From: Octopus vulgaris
Taxonomy: Eukaryota
NCBI GenBank assembly: GCA_951406725.2
Contig: OX597815.1
Span: 74,958,001 to 75,022,000 of the forward strand
Reading direction: 5' to 3'
DNA length: 64,000 bases
The position numbers and the translations under genes were made by a program. The notes beneath the pieces are model-generated. The model searched no databases and was not told where the DNA came from. It was given only the letters and a program-made list of their open reading frames with translations. How positions within the stretch are numbered: the first letter of the stretch is position 1; each line of letters opens with the position of its first letter. Positions 41,394-54,503 of the stretch are shown here, piece after piece.

Positions 41394-43618
41394 GTTAGTG
41401 GCCTTTTCTCTATTACTTTGTGTATTTAAATATCAAATGTATGAGATTATCATGCTGGACATGGTTCAATCATCATACTACTGTAGCCATTGAGGGTATT
41501 GTCCAGTATGTCTTCATTAGCATTTTGTCTCTCCCCTCTCTCTTTCCCAACTGGGTTAGTCATGTATCTCTTATAGCAAGACATCTATTTCTTTCTCTCT
41601 ATCATACTTTTGTTTCTCATCACTTAGCACAAAGTCACCTCCCTCAGTACTACTCCCCACTCCTCACTTGAAGATGTCTTGTTTTGTGATTTACTTACTG
41701 ACCTTGTTTGTGTCATTGTTTTGTAAAAAGCACCCAGTACACTTTGTATGATGGTTGGCATTAGGAAGAGCATCCAGTCATAGAAACCATGTCAAAACAC
41801 AGCTCAATGCAGCCTTTTGGCTCCTGTCAAACTGTCCAACTCACACCAGCATGGGAAACAGATTTTAAATGGTGATATGATGATGATGACTACTGTTGTA
41901 TAAAATTTCACTGTTGTCTAAGGAGTATGAAGTTAACAACTGTAAAAGTATGAACATAATTGTTCAAAAATTCCTGCAAATAGGAAGTGGAAATTGGATT
42001 TCTTCTTTCAGTTTGAACTGAAAAATTATCTGAGGAAATGAACCATTTTTGTGAAACTAGTTTCCTGTTCCTTTCTGTTTCATCAACGCATATCTACACA
42101 CTGATTGACCTGTGTGACACATGTTTAGGGGTCAGTCCTCCGAGTCCTATATGCTTTAACTTAAGACAATTTTCTGCTATTTGACTCATAGCTAGGACCT
42201 TTAACGGGTTCTACCACCCTAGGATAGAGTGGACCTTGGAGTAGTGGTGACTAAGGGTTAACTTCTAACTTTTCCAAAATGCCTAACATTCTGAGCTGGA
42301 GCCTCACCATTGGATGAAGCTTATTGCCTTGCTCAGGGCCAGACACAGCACACAAAGGAAGAGAGAGAGTTTAAAAAGTTTTTTTACTGATTTTAAAATA
42401 TTTTTATCTATTTTTCCATGCTTTTGCTGGTAGGGGAATTGATTTAAAAAATGTTGACATTTGCATTCTAACAGAGCAATTTTCTTTTTTATAATTTTCT
42501 TTATTTATTTATTTTTCTTTACAACTGAATGTCATTGTATATCACTAACTATTCCACCATAAAGCAGGAGTACCTATTGTCAGCTAGATAGACTGAATCC
42601 AACAGAACACTATGTCTTGCTACAGGATTAAAAATAATGGCTATAACAAAGTTTTGAACTCATTAATCACATGGCCTGGAATTTAGTTTAAGCTGACCTT
42701 ATAGTTCAAAGTTCAAACTATCTACTGAAATAACCATTATTTTGTACACAATGGCTATTGTAGTATAAAGTTTGACCACTGGCACTTTCAGTTGTTCTAT
42801 GGGTAAGGAGTTAGCACAAGGTTTCCAACTGTTAAAGCATGAAAGCAATTATAAGTAGATGACCAGGCATGTAGTACTTTGACATTCTCTGTCAAATATA
42901 ATACTTATTTATTCCTATTGATATGAATTAGTCATACATTACCTTGTAGACTTAAAAGTTTGATAATGTGATTGTTTATTTTTAGAATAATATTGTAAGG
43001 TAAGTGTGAGAGGTTGGATCTGGCCAGTTCGAAGATAAAACAGATAGATTATTTTGGCAGGATATGGCCAGTTTAAATGTTAAAGGGTTAATCTCTAACA
43101 GCCAACATACCTTCATGATCTTCACCCCTCTGTTTCCATTTCTAATCTTGCTGATGATATTGACCTTTTAGTATGCAGTGAAGCAGAACTACAGGAGTTC
43201 ACACCAGACTGGAAAAAGTATCAAGAGCTTATGGGATAGCGAAATCAATCCACAAAAGATCATGACCCTGGTTAACAGTAACAACCAAAATGCAGCAACC
43301 AGCATTATGCTGGTACTTAGGGTCCATGGCTGATCTCAAAAAATTGATAACAATAAGACTCAGTTTAGCACTACACTCACGGGGTGGTTGGCATTAGGAA
43401 GGGCATCCAGCTGTAGAAACACTGCCAGATCAGACTAGAGCCTCCTGGCTTCCCAGACCCTGGTTGAACCATCCAAGCCATGCTAGCATGGAAAACGGAC
43501 GTTAAACGATGATGATGATGAGGTATTTATATACACATATATACATATATAAATATCTATCTATCTATCTATATACATACTTATATGTACATACATATAT
43601 ATATGTACATATATGTAC

Positions 43619-43665
<47 letters not shown>

Positions 43666-43861
43666 AACTATTAAAAGTGAAACAATATAAAAACAAACTA
43701 TTATAGCCCATTACAATAGAGATGTTATTTCAATTTTGACACGTAATACTGAAACAGTCTAAGAGTTTGCTCTGGGCTTGCATTAGGCAAGAAGTTGGAA
43801 ATTTTTTTGGGCCCATGACACTCCATGGACCCTACGTAATGCATGTGTAAAATTTGAATGC

Positions 43862-44098
43862 ACAAATTTGGCTTACAACTGTTTCCAGTAGTCATTATGG
43901 GTATGTTGCTGATAGGTTTACTCAATTACTCTATCGATCAGTTGAGAAAAATTGAATTACCAGAAACGGCTCTGACGAAAGTAGCATTAATTTTTTTAGG
44001 TCTTTCAATTTTTCTCAACTGATCAATTGGGTAATTGAGTAAACCTATCAATAACATACCTGTAATGACTACTGGAAACAGTTGTAAGCTAAATTTGT
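43862..44098. repeat. Long inverted repeat (~98-bp arms, ~40-nt spacer)
   Basis: ACAAATTTGGCTTACAACTGTTTCCAGTAGTCATTA...GATCAGTTGAGAAAAATTGAA pairs with TTCAATTTTTCTCAACTGATC...TAATGACTACTGGAAACAGTTGTAAGCTAAATTTGT. Confidence 0.9.
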
Positions 44099-44265
44099 TC
44101 TAATAAAGGAAAAATATGTAATGACCATTAGTTATACCTTGTTTTATATATATATGTATACACAGACACACACATACGTTTATACAAATGCATACATATA
44201 TACATACACTCACATATACACACAAATTAATAAAAAGTGTATATTATTTTATATTTCTTTTCTAG

Positions 44266-44361
<96 letters not shown>

Positions 44362-46454
44362 TGAAGATTATTTGAGATTTTTAGGATGCATTTTGCTAGG
44401 CAGATTGTTATTTAACCCTTTTGCTACCATATTCCTGTTCAAATACTCTGTCTCTTTTTCAATTAATTTTGAAAGTAATGAAGAATTTGGTGAAATAACT
44501 TTATCATTATTAAGCTGGTGTTTGGAACATAAATGAACATGAAATTTTGATGGGAAGTTTTTATTTAGAGCACTTTAAAACTGGAAGTTTATATCATAGA
44601 ACCAGGACCTATCTCAGGCAGGTTGATTTAAAAAAAAAGTTGTCTCCAAATCTGTATTTTGTAATACTTCCCCATAATCCTTGTGAAGTAAATGTAATAT
44701 ATTTAATTGTGCATTATGTTTGTGTTATATTCTATATATTTTATTAGTATTACTAATATCTAGTGAAAAGAATGTCCAGTAAGTTTAACTGATTATTAGG
44801 AATATATTTAATCCTTTTGTTTCTATATTTTCGTTGAAATATGATGCCTTTGTTCCAATTGATTTTGAAAATAATGAAGAGTTTAGTAAGATAACTTTGT
44901 CATTATTAAACCGGTGTTTGGAACATAAATTAACGTGAAATATTGATGTAAGGTTTTAATATAGATGATTTTAAACTGGAAGTTTGTATCATAGAACCAA
45001 GAGCAGTCTTAGGTGGGTTGAAAAGTATAATCTGATGAATTGAATGACTTTACTCTTTGAAGCTCTAAGTATGTTTAGTAGGTACAATTTCATTTGACTA
45101 TATCCATAGAAGACACAAAAGTGGACAGCCACATGGTTTTCGTGTTTACAGTTCCCTAATTGCCAAAAACTTTGTTATTTTCAACTGTGAGCCCAAAACA
45201 TGTGGCTTCTCACTTTTGCATCTTTCAGGGGTGTAGTCAAATGAAATTGTGCCAGCCACAGCATGCTTGCAGTTCAAAGGGTTAAAGTATAAAATGATTA
45301 GGAAGCTCATTTTGCAACCACATAGTTTTGTGTTCTGTCCCACTGCTATCAGAGTATTCTGAATGCTGGAGGGTTAAGTGGTTTCTTGGTATTGGCTCTG
45401 AGATAAAGCTCCATTCAGGTTGACTTTGTCTTTCTTTATACTAGCACTTTTGAATTAAATGCCACTATCCTGCAGGTGATCTCTCTTCTACCCAGTCTGT
45501 TAGTCACATTATTCTGTATGTGCAGAGACAATGTACCATTTGTTTTTCAGAGTACAAAGGCAATGGCACTAGTGCTGGTGAATGCACCCAAAACACTATG
45601 TAAAGTAGTTAATAAATGAGTAGAGACAATGTAAAATTGAGACCATCCTTCAGTCTTGTTGAATACATAGCAACCCTATCTAGTTCTGAGGTTATGGTAA
45701 AATGTTCTCAGTACATTCTGTATTGTGGATGATGATAGAAAGGATGTCAAGGTGTAGAAATCTTGCTAAACTTAATAACATTTGAACGAAGCATGTCTTC
45801 TGTGTTGCCCCTCTCCCACTACAGGTTTTCACAGTAGACCCAAATGTACCACCCCCATAGAAGTATTGCTTAGGCTAGACTTCCCACCCACTACCTTACT
45901 GGTTATTTGACCCATCTTGAAGAACAATAACTTTGAAAATGAACTAGTTTAGACTGTGAACCCCTTCAACTTACACCAGTGTAAAAAATGGACTTGAAAT
46001 GATAATTAAAAAAACTTAAGCTATATTTTGGTGCATTCAATTTGAGTGTTTAGTCTACTATATATATATGTGTGTGTGTGTGTGTGTAAGTATAAACTTA
46101 GATATGTTTCGACCAAAGATTGGTCCAGGCCATGTCTAACTTAATAGCACCACCTGATAGGATTATTCGAATCCTGTTTAAGTCAAGTTTTGTTCAAGTA
46201 GTGAGTTCTTGTTGGGTGAGTTGTATCCAATTATGGGTGGCTTATCTGGTATTCTTTGAAGGAATCTATCCAGACTCCGTTTAAAGTATATATATATATT
46301 TACAGAGAACTAAAATACAATAATAGCAACAACACCAAGACAGCAATGCTGTCAAAGCATTTTATCGTATGCAATAGATTCCTTATTGAATTAATGTGTC
46401 TGACCCATGTCACATGGAAAATGGATATATGATGATGGTGAGGATGATGATGTA

Positions 46455-47784
46455 CAGGGTGGGGCAGAGAGGACGGACATTTTTTGAAATGGCTATTACT
46501 CAGCACCAGGACGAGGGACATGTGTCCAGCAGGTACCATTCGGTCCATTGGTGTCTTAGCATTTTTTTCTTTTCAGGTGAAGCCATGGTGCTGTGGATGA
46601 TGGAGCATCATGTGTTTGCCTATAACAGTTATGTGAAGAATAACGAGTCTGTCACTGCATTTCAGTGTGACTTTTGGTGCCACTTCAACATTCACCGAAA
46701 TCAGGCTGTTCCCACCCGTAACACAATCTTATGTTGGGTGAATGCACTTTGTACACGAGGTACACTAATGGATACGAGATTGGTGGGGGTACTACAAACA
46801 GTAGGAATCCCGGAAAATGTAAAATTCGTCAGACAAGTTTCAATACGGAGTTCGAATCACTCTGCTCAGAGGCATTCCACTGAACTTGACATCGGTAACT
46901 GATTGGTAAGGCATATTTTGCATGAAGACTGCATTTCCTCCCATACAAATTAGTCACTGGGCAACAGTTAAACCATGAGACTATGCACAGCGGCTTAACT
47001 TTGCATGTCAGATGGAAGCAATTTTTGAGGCAAATGACAACCTCATTTTGTTAATGAGTGATGAAGCTCACTTTCATCTCAATGGTATGGTGAATCAACA
47101 GAACTGTCATTATTAGGCAATCCGAGAGAACTGAACAAAAGACTACTGCACAGACCAAAAGTGATGGTCTGGTGTGCTGTCGGAAAAGCTGCCATCGTTG
47201 ATCCTTACTTTTTTGAAGACAATAATGGAAATGCTGTTACTGTGAACTCCGAGTATTACATGACAAACAACTTCTTTGTGCCTGAATTATTATGAAAACT
47301 TATGCCTGTTCAACATGTCTGGTTTCAGCAGGATGGAGTGACGGCCTACACAGCCAGAGCATCAATGGACATTGTTCACCCTCTCTTCGGTGACCACCTC
47401 ATTTCCAGGTTTGCTGACATTCCTTGGTCCCCTTGGTCCCATGATTTGCCCATGTGTGATTATCTCTTGTGAGGAAACCTCAAGGCACGTGTGTATGTGC
47501 ATAAGCCCCGTACATTGGATGATTTGAAGGAAGCTATTCGTGTGGAAGTCACCCAAATCAACAGAGCAATGCTAGAGAAAGTGGAGGCCAATTTCCAAGA
47601 ATGCCTTCAGAAATGCATCAATAAAAATGGACACCACATGCTGGATGTTGTTTTCCGCACTTGGTTTTGACAAATGCTAATTCAATACAGACACGTTGAT
47701 CTCAATAAAGTTTGCAGCTAAAATTAATGATTTTGTGAATTTTTCAAATACGATGATGATGCCTGTCCTCTCTGCCTCACCCTG
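46455..47784 (+). mobile_element. Full-length decayed Tc1/mariner, DD41D (rosa/VS) type
   Basis: TIRs CAGGGTGGGGCAGAGAGGACGGACAT / ATGCCTGTCCTCTCTGCCTCACCCTG, TA on the left. Motifs MSDEAHFHLNGMVNQQN, WFQQDG, W.P.S.DL..CDY; 41 residues between the 2nd and 3rd Asp by my count. Stops and frameshifts present. Confidence 0.9.
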
Positions 47785-47809
47785 CAGCAGCAGTAGTACA
47801 TAGCATAAC

Positions 47810-48428
47810 CCGTTGAGGCAAGTGAAAATCAAAATCAAAATCAAACCAAATCAAATCAGATATCAGAAAGCAGAACCAAAATCGAAGTCAATCAACATCA
47901 ATGGAAATTGCAGCTGTGATACCAATGCCGGTGACAAGTAAGCGAACCATCCGATCGTGGCCGTTGCCAGCGCCGCCCCGACTGGCCTCCGTGCCGGTGG
48001 CATGTAAAAAGCACCATCCGTTCATGGCCGTTGCCAGCCTCGCCTGGCCCCCGTGCCGGTGGCACGTAGCACCATCCGTTCGTGGCCGTTGCCAGCCTCA
48101 CCTGGCCCCTGTGCCGGTGGCATGTAAAAGCACCATCCGTTCGTGGCCATTGCCAGCCTCACCTGGCCCCTGTGCCGGTGGCACGTAAAAAGCACCATCC
48201 GTCCGTGGCCGTTTGCCAGCTCCGTCTGGCACCTGTGCGGGTTGCACGTAAAAAGCACCCACTACACTCACGGAGTGGTTGGCGTTAGGAAGGGCATCCA
48301 GCCATAGAAACACTGCCAGATCAGACTGGGCCTGATGCAGCCTTCTGGCTTCCCAGACCCCAGTTGAACCGTCCAACCCATGCTAGCATGGAAAGCGGAC
48401 GCTAAATGATGATGATGATGATGATGAT
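47810..48428 (+). mobile_element. RTE 3'UTR-derived retroposon with ~4 internal ~58-nt repeats and (GAT)n tail
   Basis: AAAAGCACCATCCGTTCGTGGCCGTTGCCAGCCTCACCTGGCCCCTGTGCCGGTGGCA repeated; CpG-rich, so relatively young. Confidence 0.8.
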
Positions 48429-49553
48429 TTATGTATGCTTAACTTCCATTGTGTTTTTTGTTAAAGCTCAGAGCTACTGTTGGTTATACCACATTAAAAT
48501 TTCATTAATGTAATATAGTATACATGCTTGTGTTTCCTTTTTCCTTAAGCTTTCATAAACAGCCAACATCCACATGCTGCCAAGGCATATCATGCCAAGC
48601 TTGCTCTGCTTCCATAAACAGACCTTGACAACAACATCATTGAGTGAAGACATGAACATTCTAATCTATTTTAAGATGCAGTCATTACATTAAGGAAATA
48701 ATGTTGCATTATACTCTTGTTGAGAATAGACAGTACATAGCTAAAATAAAGTTACTTGGCTATTGAGAGCCAGTAATAGGATAAGCATATTTATGTTTTA
48801 TATAAATAACTAATAAAACAAGATTCAATCAACAGTTTTAGGTCTCCAGAATGTTTGAAGCAGATTTTTATTATAACATTCAATGAGAACAAAGAAATGT
48901 ATACCATCATCATCATCATCATCATCATCATCATAATATCCATTTTATGTCCACTTTTCCATGCTTGCATGGCCTGGACAGAGTTTATTGAGGCAGATTT
49001 TCTACAGCTACATACTCTTCCTGTTGCCAACCCCAATCTGTTTCTAAGCAAGGTAATATTTCCTCATATCTAGACATGTTCTCACAGAATTTTAGAAAAA
49101 AAAAATGACTGCTTATATGCCAGTAGCGCTTGTTTACAACTATCATGCTAAATCAAGACAAGGAGACACAAATATACACACACTCAAATGCATATATGCA
49201 TACGTATCATCATCATCATTTAATGTCCACGTTTCAATGCTTGCATGACTCAAAATTTGTTGAGGTATATTTTCTACAGTCAGATGACCTTTCTGTTCCC
49301 TACCTTCACCTGTTACCATGAAAACTAATGCTTTGCATGCCTAGACAGGTTTTTCACAGAAGATTCTGTGTGTGTGTGTGGGTGTTGTTTGGGTGGTATT
49401 GCTGATGTTGGTGTGTTTAAAATGAAAATTCACTCTAGTGCAATAGACTTGAGGTTAGATTAAAGTTTGTTTTGTAGGATATACATAAATTGATTCCACT
49501 ATAGTAAATCACTTCATTAATGATAATGAGGTTATTGATCATAGTAATGATTA

Positions 49554-51885
49554 CACTGGGCAACAAAAAAAATATTATTGTCTGCTACCCAGACAAATGG
49601 TGCTGTACTAAACTAAATAGAGTATGCTGATTCTGAATCTAAATGCAGAATTGTTGTGGCCTGTCAGGATTTTGAGTTATGTGCATAATTAGTATCAGGA
49701 ATAGTTAAGTTCAAAATAAATAATTATTATGATAGTATATTAGTACTGTATATAGTATATTTATGTTTAAGGCAAATAGTATTATAATATAATGGTACAT
49801 AGTAAATTCATGTTAAGGGAACACTCACTTTATTTTTGATATGCTCAGTTCAGAAATGTTTGAGACACTTGCTTTTGCACATAGGTGTTGTGCTGGTCTC
49901 CCATTGTAGGAACCAGCAGTAGTCACCCATCACATGTAGATTGAACTGGACTTGATACTTCGTTTCCCTCTCAGATATGTCATGGTGGAACCTCTTACCA
50001 TGCTTATCACTAACGGCACCAAGATTCGTTGGAAAAAAAAATTGAAATGAGAATGCATGAAGTGCATTTTAAGGCACATTCAGAATCCCATTTTTTCATA
50101 CACTGTTGTTTATTAAATCAGCATAGTTTCCAGCTCTATGATTTCCAAGAAAGTTCTGTACAACTAACACAAATGAATCCCATACCATCAGCTCAACTGG
50201 ATTCAGTTTACCTCTGAATTTGCTATCAGACATCAATTCTCTGATCTTGGGTCCAATGAAAATGCCTGCTTTCAGTATTGCATCACTTTTCTCTGCACCA
50301 AATTTTACTTTTAGGTACTAGAAACCACAACCATTGTATGTCAGTGTTTTTATGAAGTTTTTCATGAGGTCAAGTTTGATGTGAATGGGTGGAAGGAAGA
50401 TCTTTTGTGGGTCTACCACTGGCATATGCTACACATTGTACCAACCAACTATGCACTCATCTCTTTTAGGTCAGTCTTTTACAGTGTAATGTTTGCTGTC
50501 ATCATAGCTGTTCCAAACACACAAGAAGCACATATTTTTGGTATATCCCAGCTGCAGTCCTAGGAGGACGGAAACCACTTTTAAATCACTACAAATATTC
50601 CTCTTATGAACTGAGTAATTAACTCCTTTCAGAATGAGTTCTATTGATTCATAAGTTTCTTCCATACCGACAACATGACCCACAAGAATTGAAGGATTTT
50701 TATTACTATTATGCAACAACACAGCTTTGAGGCTAACCTTACTTGAGTCTATAAACAATCTCCATTTGTTAGCTACAAGCACATGTCCTAGTTTTTGCAT
50801 GAGTGCAATAACATCAGTACAGAAACCAGCATTATTTTCTTGCTTGCAAAAGATAGATAAGCCTTCATGGCAAGAATGGAAAATGAAAATTTTTGTACCT
50901 TGCTTCTGTTGCTGTAGTCTGGATCCCAAAACTTCTGCCTTCTCCTTTGACAATGCTAGATCTCTTACTAAATCATTCAAATCTTGATTAAACAAGCATG
51001 GGTCATTTTCCTTAGAATCAACTACATACTCTTTGGTGATTGGATAATCAGGTGGTTCATTGTGCACGGTGTCAAAGTCTTCAAGTGAATCAAGTGATTC
51101 ATGTGAGAGGGGAACTGGGACAGGGTTCTCAAAGTCATATAGGACCGGTTTTAGAGCCAACTTACAATCTGCATACATAATTTTTGCTTTTGTTTTCTTT
51201 GAGAAAACACCATTAGTCATGGAAAAGTAACAATCAAAGACATAATTGATTGGCTCACACCATACCACTTGTACAGCAAAAGGTATTCCCTTTCATTTTC
51301 CATTCAGCCACTGTGTAAGCCCTGAGTAACACACGGTGCAGCATATATGAGGTGCCTACCTCTTGTCTTGGTCCTTAACTATACAGCCGAAATAATATTT
51401 ATAGGCAGGTTTTAATTTGGTGGCAATGTTCTTCCACTGGTCACGTGGAGTACATTTTCCACAGACGTAACATAAGTTGTCTGGGTGATTCACACAGCCT
51501 CTCCTATTCATGATCTAACACAATGAACACAGAACAGTAATCATGCAGAGTGAGAGATACACATACCACACGTGACGGCAGTGCAAGCAACACAGAGTTA
51601 CCAAGAACAAACTGATGTATTTGGCAATTGCAAACAATACGTCAGCGCCATCTATAGCTAAACTAAATAATGAACTTTCTCTTTGAATTAAGACTGCCTT
51701 CATTTTAACAAATTTTATAATATGGCCTATATCTAGCCGAAAGTATAGTTATTATCTTGTGCAGGTGCATTACTCAAAGTCCTGATGTGCTAGAACAATT
51801 CTGTATGCAGATTTGGAATCAACATCCTTGATTTAATCTAAAACACACGCTTTTACCCCAGTAGCAAAATCTTTGTTGCTCAGTG
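49554..51885 (-). mobile_element. Full-length decayed Chapaev3-like (CMC) DNA transposon
   Basis: TTA|CACTGGGCAACAAA ... TTTGTTGCTCAGTG|TTA (3-bp TWA TSD, CAC ends). The minus-strand transposase starts at 51511 (MNRRGCVNHPDNLCYVCGK) and includes WRLFIDSSKVSLKAVLLHN, DLKVV..LLGLQLGYTKNMCFLCVW. Confidence 0.85.
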
Positions 51886-51975
51886 TTATAAGATCAATGA
51901 TTTATTTGTTTTTCTTTTCTTTTTTGATTTAATGATTATTGAAATATTGTTTGATATATTATTATTCATTCACAG

Positions 51976-52098
51976 GTTTGGGCAAGTTCCTTCATTCCAA
52001 ATGAACCAGCTGTTAAAGATAATACTCAGCGGAAATATTTCAATAAACATGGATCACCCATGCTGGTAGATTACGTCAAACGGGAACTTGATGCCAAG
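51976..52098 (+). CDS. GALT: GALT coding exon 6 (VWASSFIPNEPAVKDNTQRKYFNKHGSPMLVDYVKRELDAK)
   Basis: CACAG acceptor, GTAAAC donor; 123 nt as human exon 7; VWASSF.P motif. Confidence 0.96.
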
Positions 52099-54108
52099 GT
52101 AAACATAAGATTAATTTAATCAGTGAAAATGTATTGGTGTTTATAAATTCATGAATATAAATGTCATCAATACAATCATACATATTGCTATTAATTACCA
52201 TTATCATCATAAACTACCTGACATACTACTTACTGCCCACACTACAAAATACTTCATGACAAAGTCATATAACAAGATCTCCCTTCCTCCTCTCTATCAA
52301 TGATGGTTTCACAACATTCATGTTCTGCTCTACCACTTCTATTATTCCTATCTCTTTGGTACCCTTTCCACCCCTCTGCCTCCTTTTCTCCCATTGTCCT
52401 CTCCCCCATCCCCACAGCTTCTCTGCCTCCTCAAAACTTCAACATCTCTTTTCAGCATTTCTCCTCTAACCTACCTGCATTCTCACACACTTCATTTCTC
52501 TCAGTGACTCCCCCAGGATTCTTCTCCACCTTATTCTATCACTTTCTTTCTGTCCCCTTTTCCTCAGCCTTCTGTTCATACTTGTTCCTTATAAGATTGG
52601 ATAACCCTCGGACCCCTGCTCTTACACAACACACCCTATCACCTTTTCAACTCTATCCCTACCTTTTTTCTCAACCTTCTTACTAATTCTTTCCCTCTCT
52701 CCTGTTCCCTACCATACTCTCCCATCCTCCCCTCTTACTTACCATTACCTCATCCTTCTGCCTTTGATCATTGTCTAGTCTTTCACTCTCCCTCAATTGT
52801 TGGGGCCACTTTAGAACATTAACCTTGTAAGTTACAAGGTGATCATCATTAGTGTTTGTGCCGTGAAAAAAGCACCCTGTATACTCTGGTGTTAGGAAGG
52901 GTTCCAACAGAAGAAACCAAGCTGAAGAAGACATTGGTACAGGATGCAATCCTTTGATTTGTCAGACTTTGTCAAACCTGCCAACCCATGCCAACATGGA
53001 ACCTAGATATTAAATGATGAGGATGATGATAGTGATGATGGTCTGGTAAATACAACTCTTCAATTAGTGCAGTCTTCTGCTGCAGTCATAACTTATTAAC
53101 AACTGCCACATAATATTACGCCTTTGCAATATATCATGCAATCTATCTTTTCTATTGCTGGTTATAGATATCCCTTACAATTTTGGGTTGAAAACAGGTG
53201 TTGTAGGAAATTAGTAATAATGGTACACCCCTCCCACATGACAAATGGAGTAACGTAGTCACTATAAGTAAAGAGAAGTACGTGAAGTACTGGAGTACAT
53301 AGTGGGCAGTCAGAGATAGTCGTGTCTTTACTGGTTTTACTAAGTATACTGTATAACAAAGTGGGCGTTATAACAATCCAACATTTTAAGGATTATCATG
53401 GTGACAATGAGGAATTAATAAACTCGACAAGGATTTAAACAACTCATAAGGAATTAATAAACCTGACTAGGAATTAACAACTCACAGAGTTAACAAACTC
53501 ACAAAGCTTTTTTTGTGTGAATTTTATGAAAAGATAAATTGTAAAAATTATGGAAAATTTGTTGACCGGTTTGCTTGAGTTGCAAAAGTAACAGTGATAA
53601 CAGGAGATTCAACTGCAAGAACAACAACAGAAGCAACAACAATGACAATTAGTTTTATGACAACAAATGCTGCAATTAATGAAGTTGTCAGGAAATTCAG
53701 AAAAAATGTTCTCGCCAGACTATGTTGTAAACTCAGTAACAGAGTTCAAATATGAACCAGATGAAGGAGTTACCTTCAAGGCATATAACAGAAGATATGA
53801 GCAAATCTTCAATAAAGAATGTAAAGAAGGGATAATGAGATGAAAACGTGCTTAATCTTAAAAAAACTGGTGGCAGCAGGACATGAGCGTTACAACAATT
53901 ATGTACTCCCAAGAAAACTTTCTGACATACACTTTAATGACACAATAGGCACAGGAGTGGCTGTGTGGTAAGTAGCTTGCTTACCAACCACATGGTTCCG
54001 GGTTCCGTCTCACTCATGGCACCTTGGGCAAGTGTTTTCTACTATAGCCTCAGGCCGACCAAAGCCTTGTGAGTGGATTTGGTAGACAGAAACTGAAAGA
54101 AGCCTGTC

Positions 54109-54114
<6 letters not shown>

Positions 54115-54142
<28 letters not shown>

Positions 54143-54469
54143 GAATTCATACAGACATACATAAATATATACATACATACATGCATACATACATACATGC
54201 ATACATACATACATGCATGCATACATACATTCATACAGACATACTTAAATACATACATACATACATACATGCATGCATAAATACATACATACATCATACA
54301 TACATACATACATACATTCATACATCATACATACATACATACATGCATGCATGCATACATAATACATACATGCATGCATACATACATACATGCATGCATA
54401 CATACATGCATACATACATACATACATACATGCATAAATACATACATACATAAATACATACATCATACA

Positions 54470-54503
<34 letters not shown>

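Noticed and set aside
46100-46140. Minus-strand CCTGG-ACCAATCTTTGGT-CGAAAC, possible hammerhead remnant
   Set aside because: The CUGANGA half of the core is missing and I recognise no Penelope coding context.
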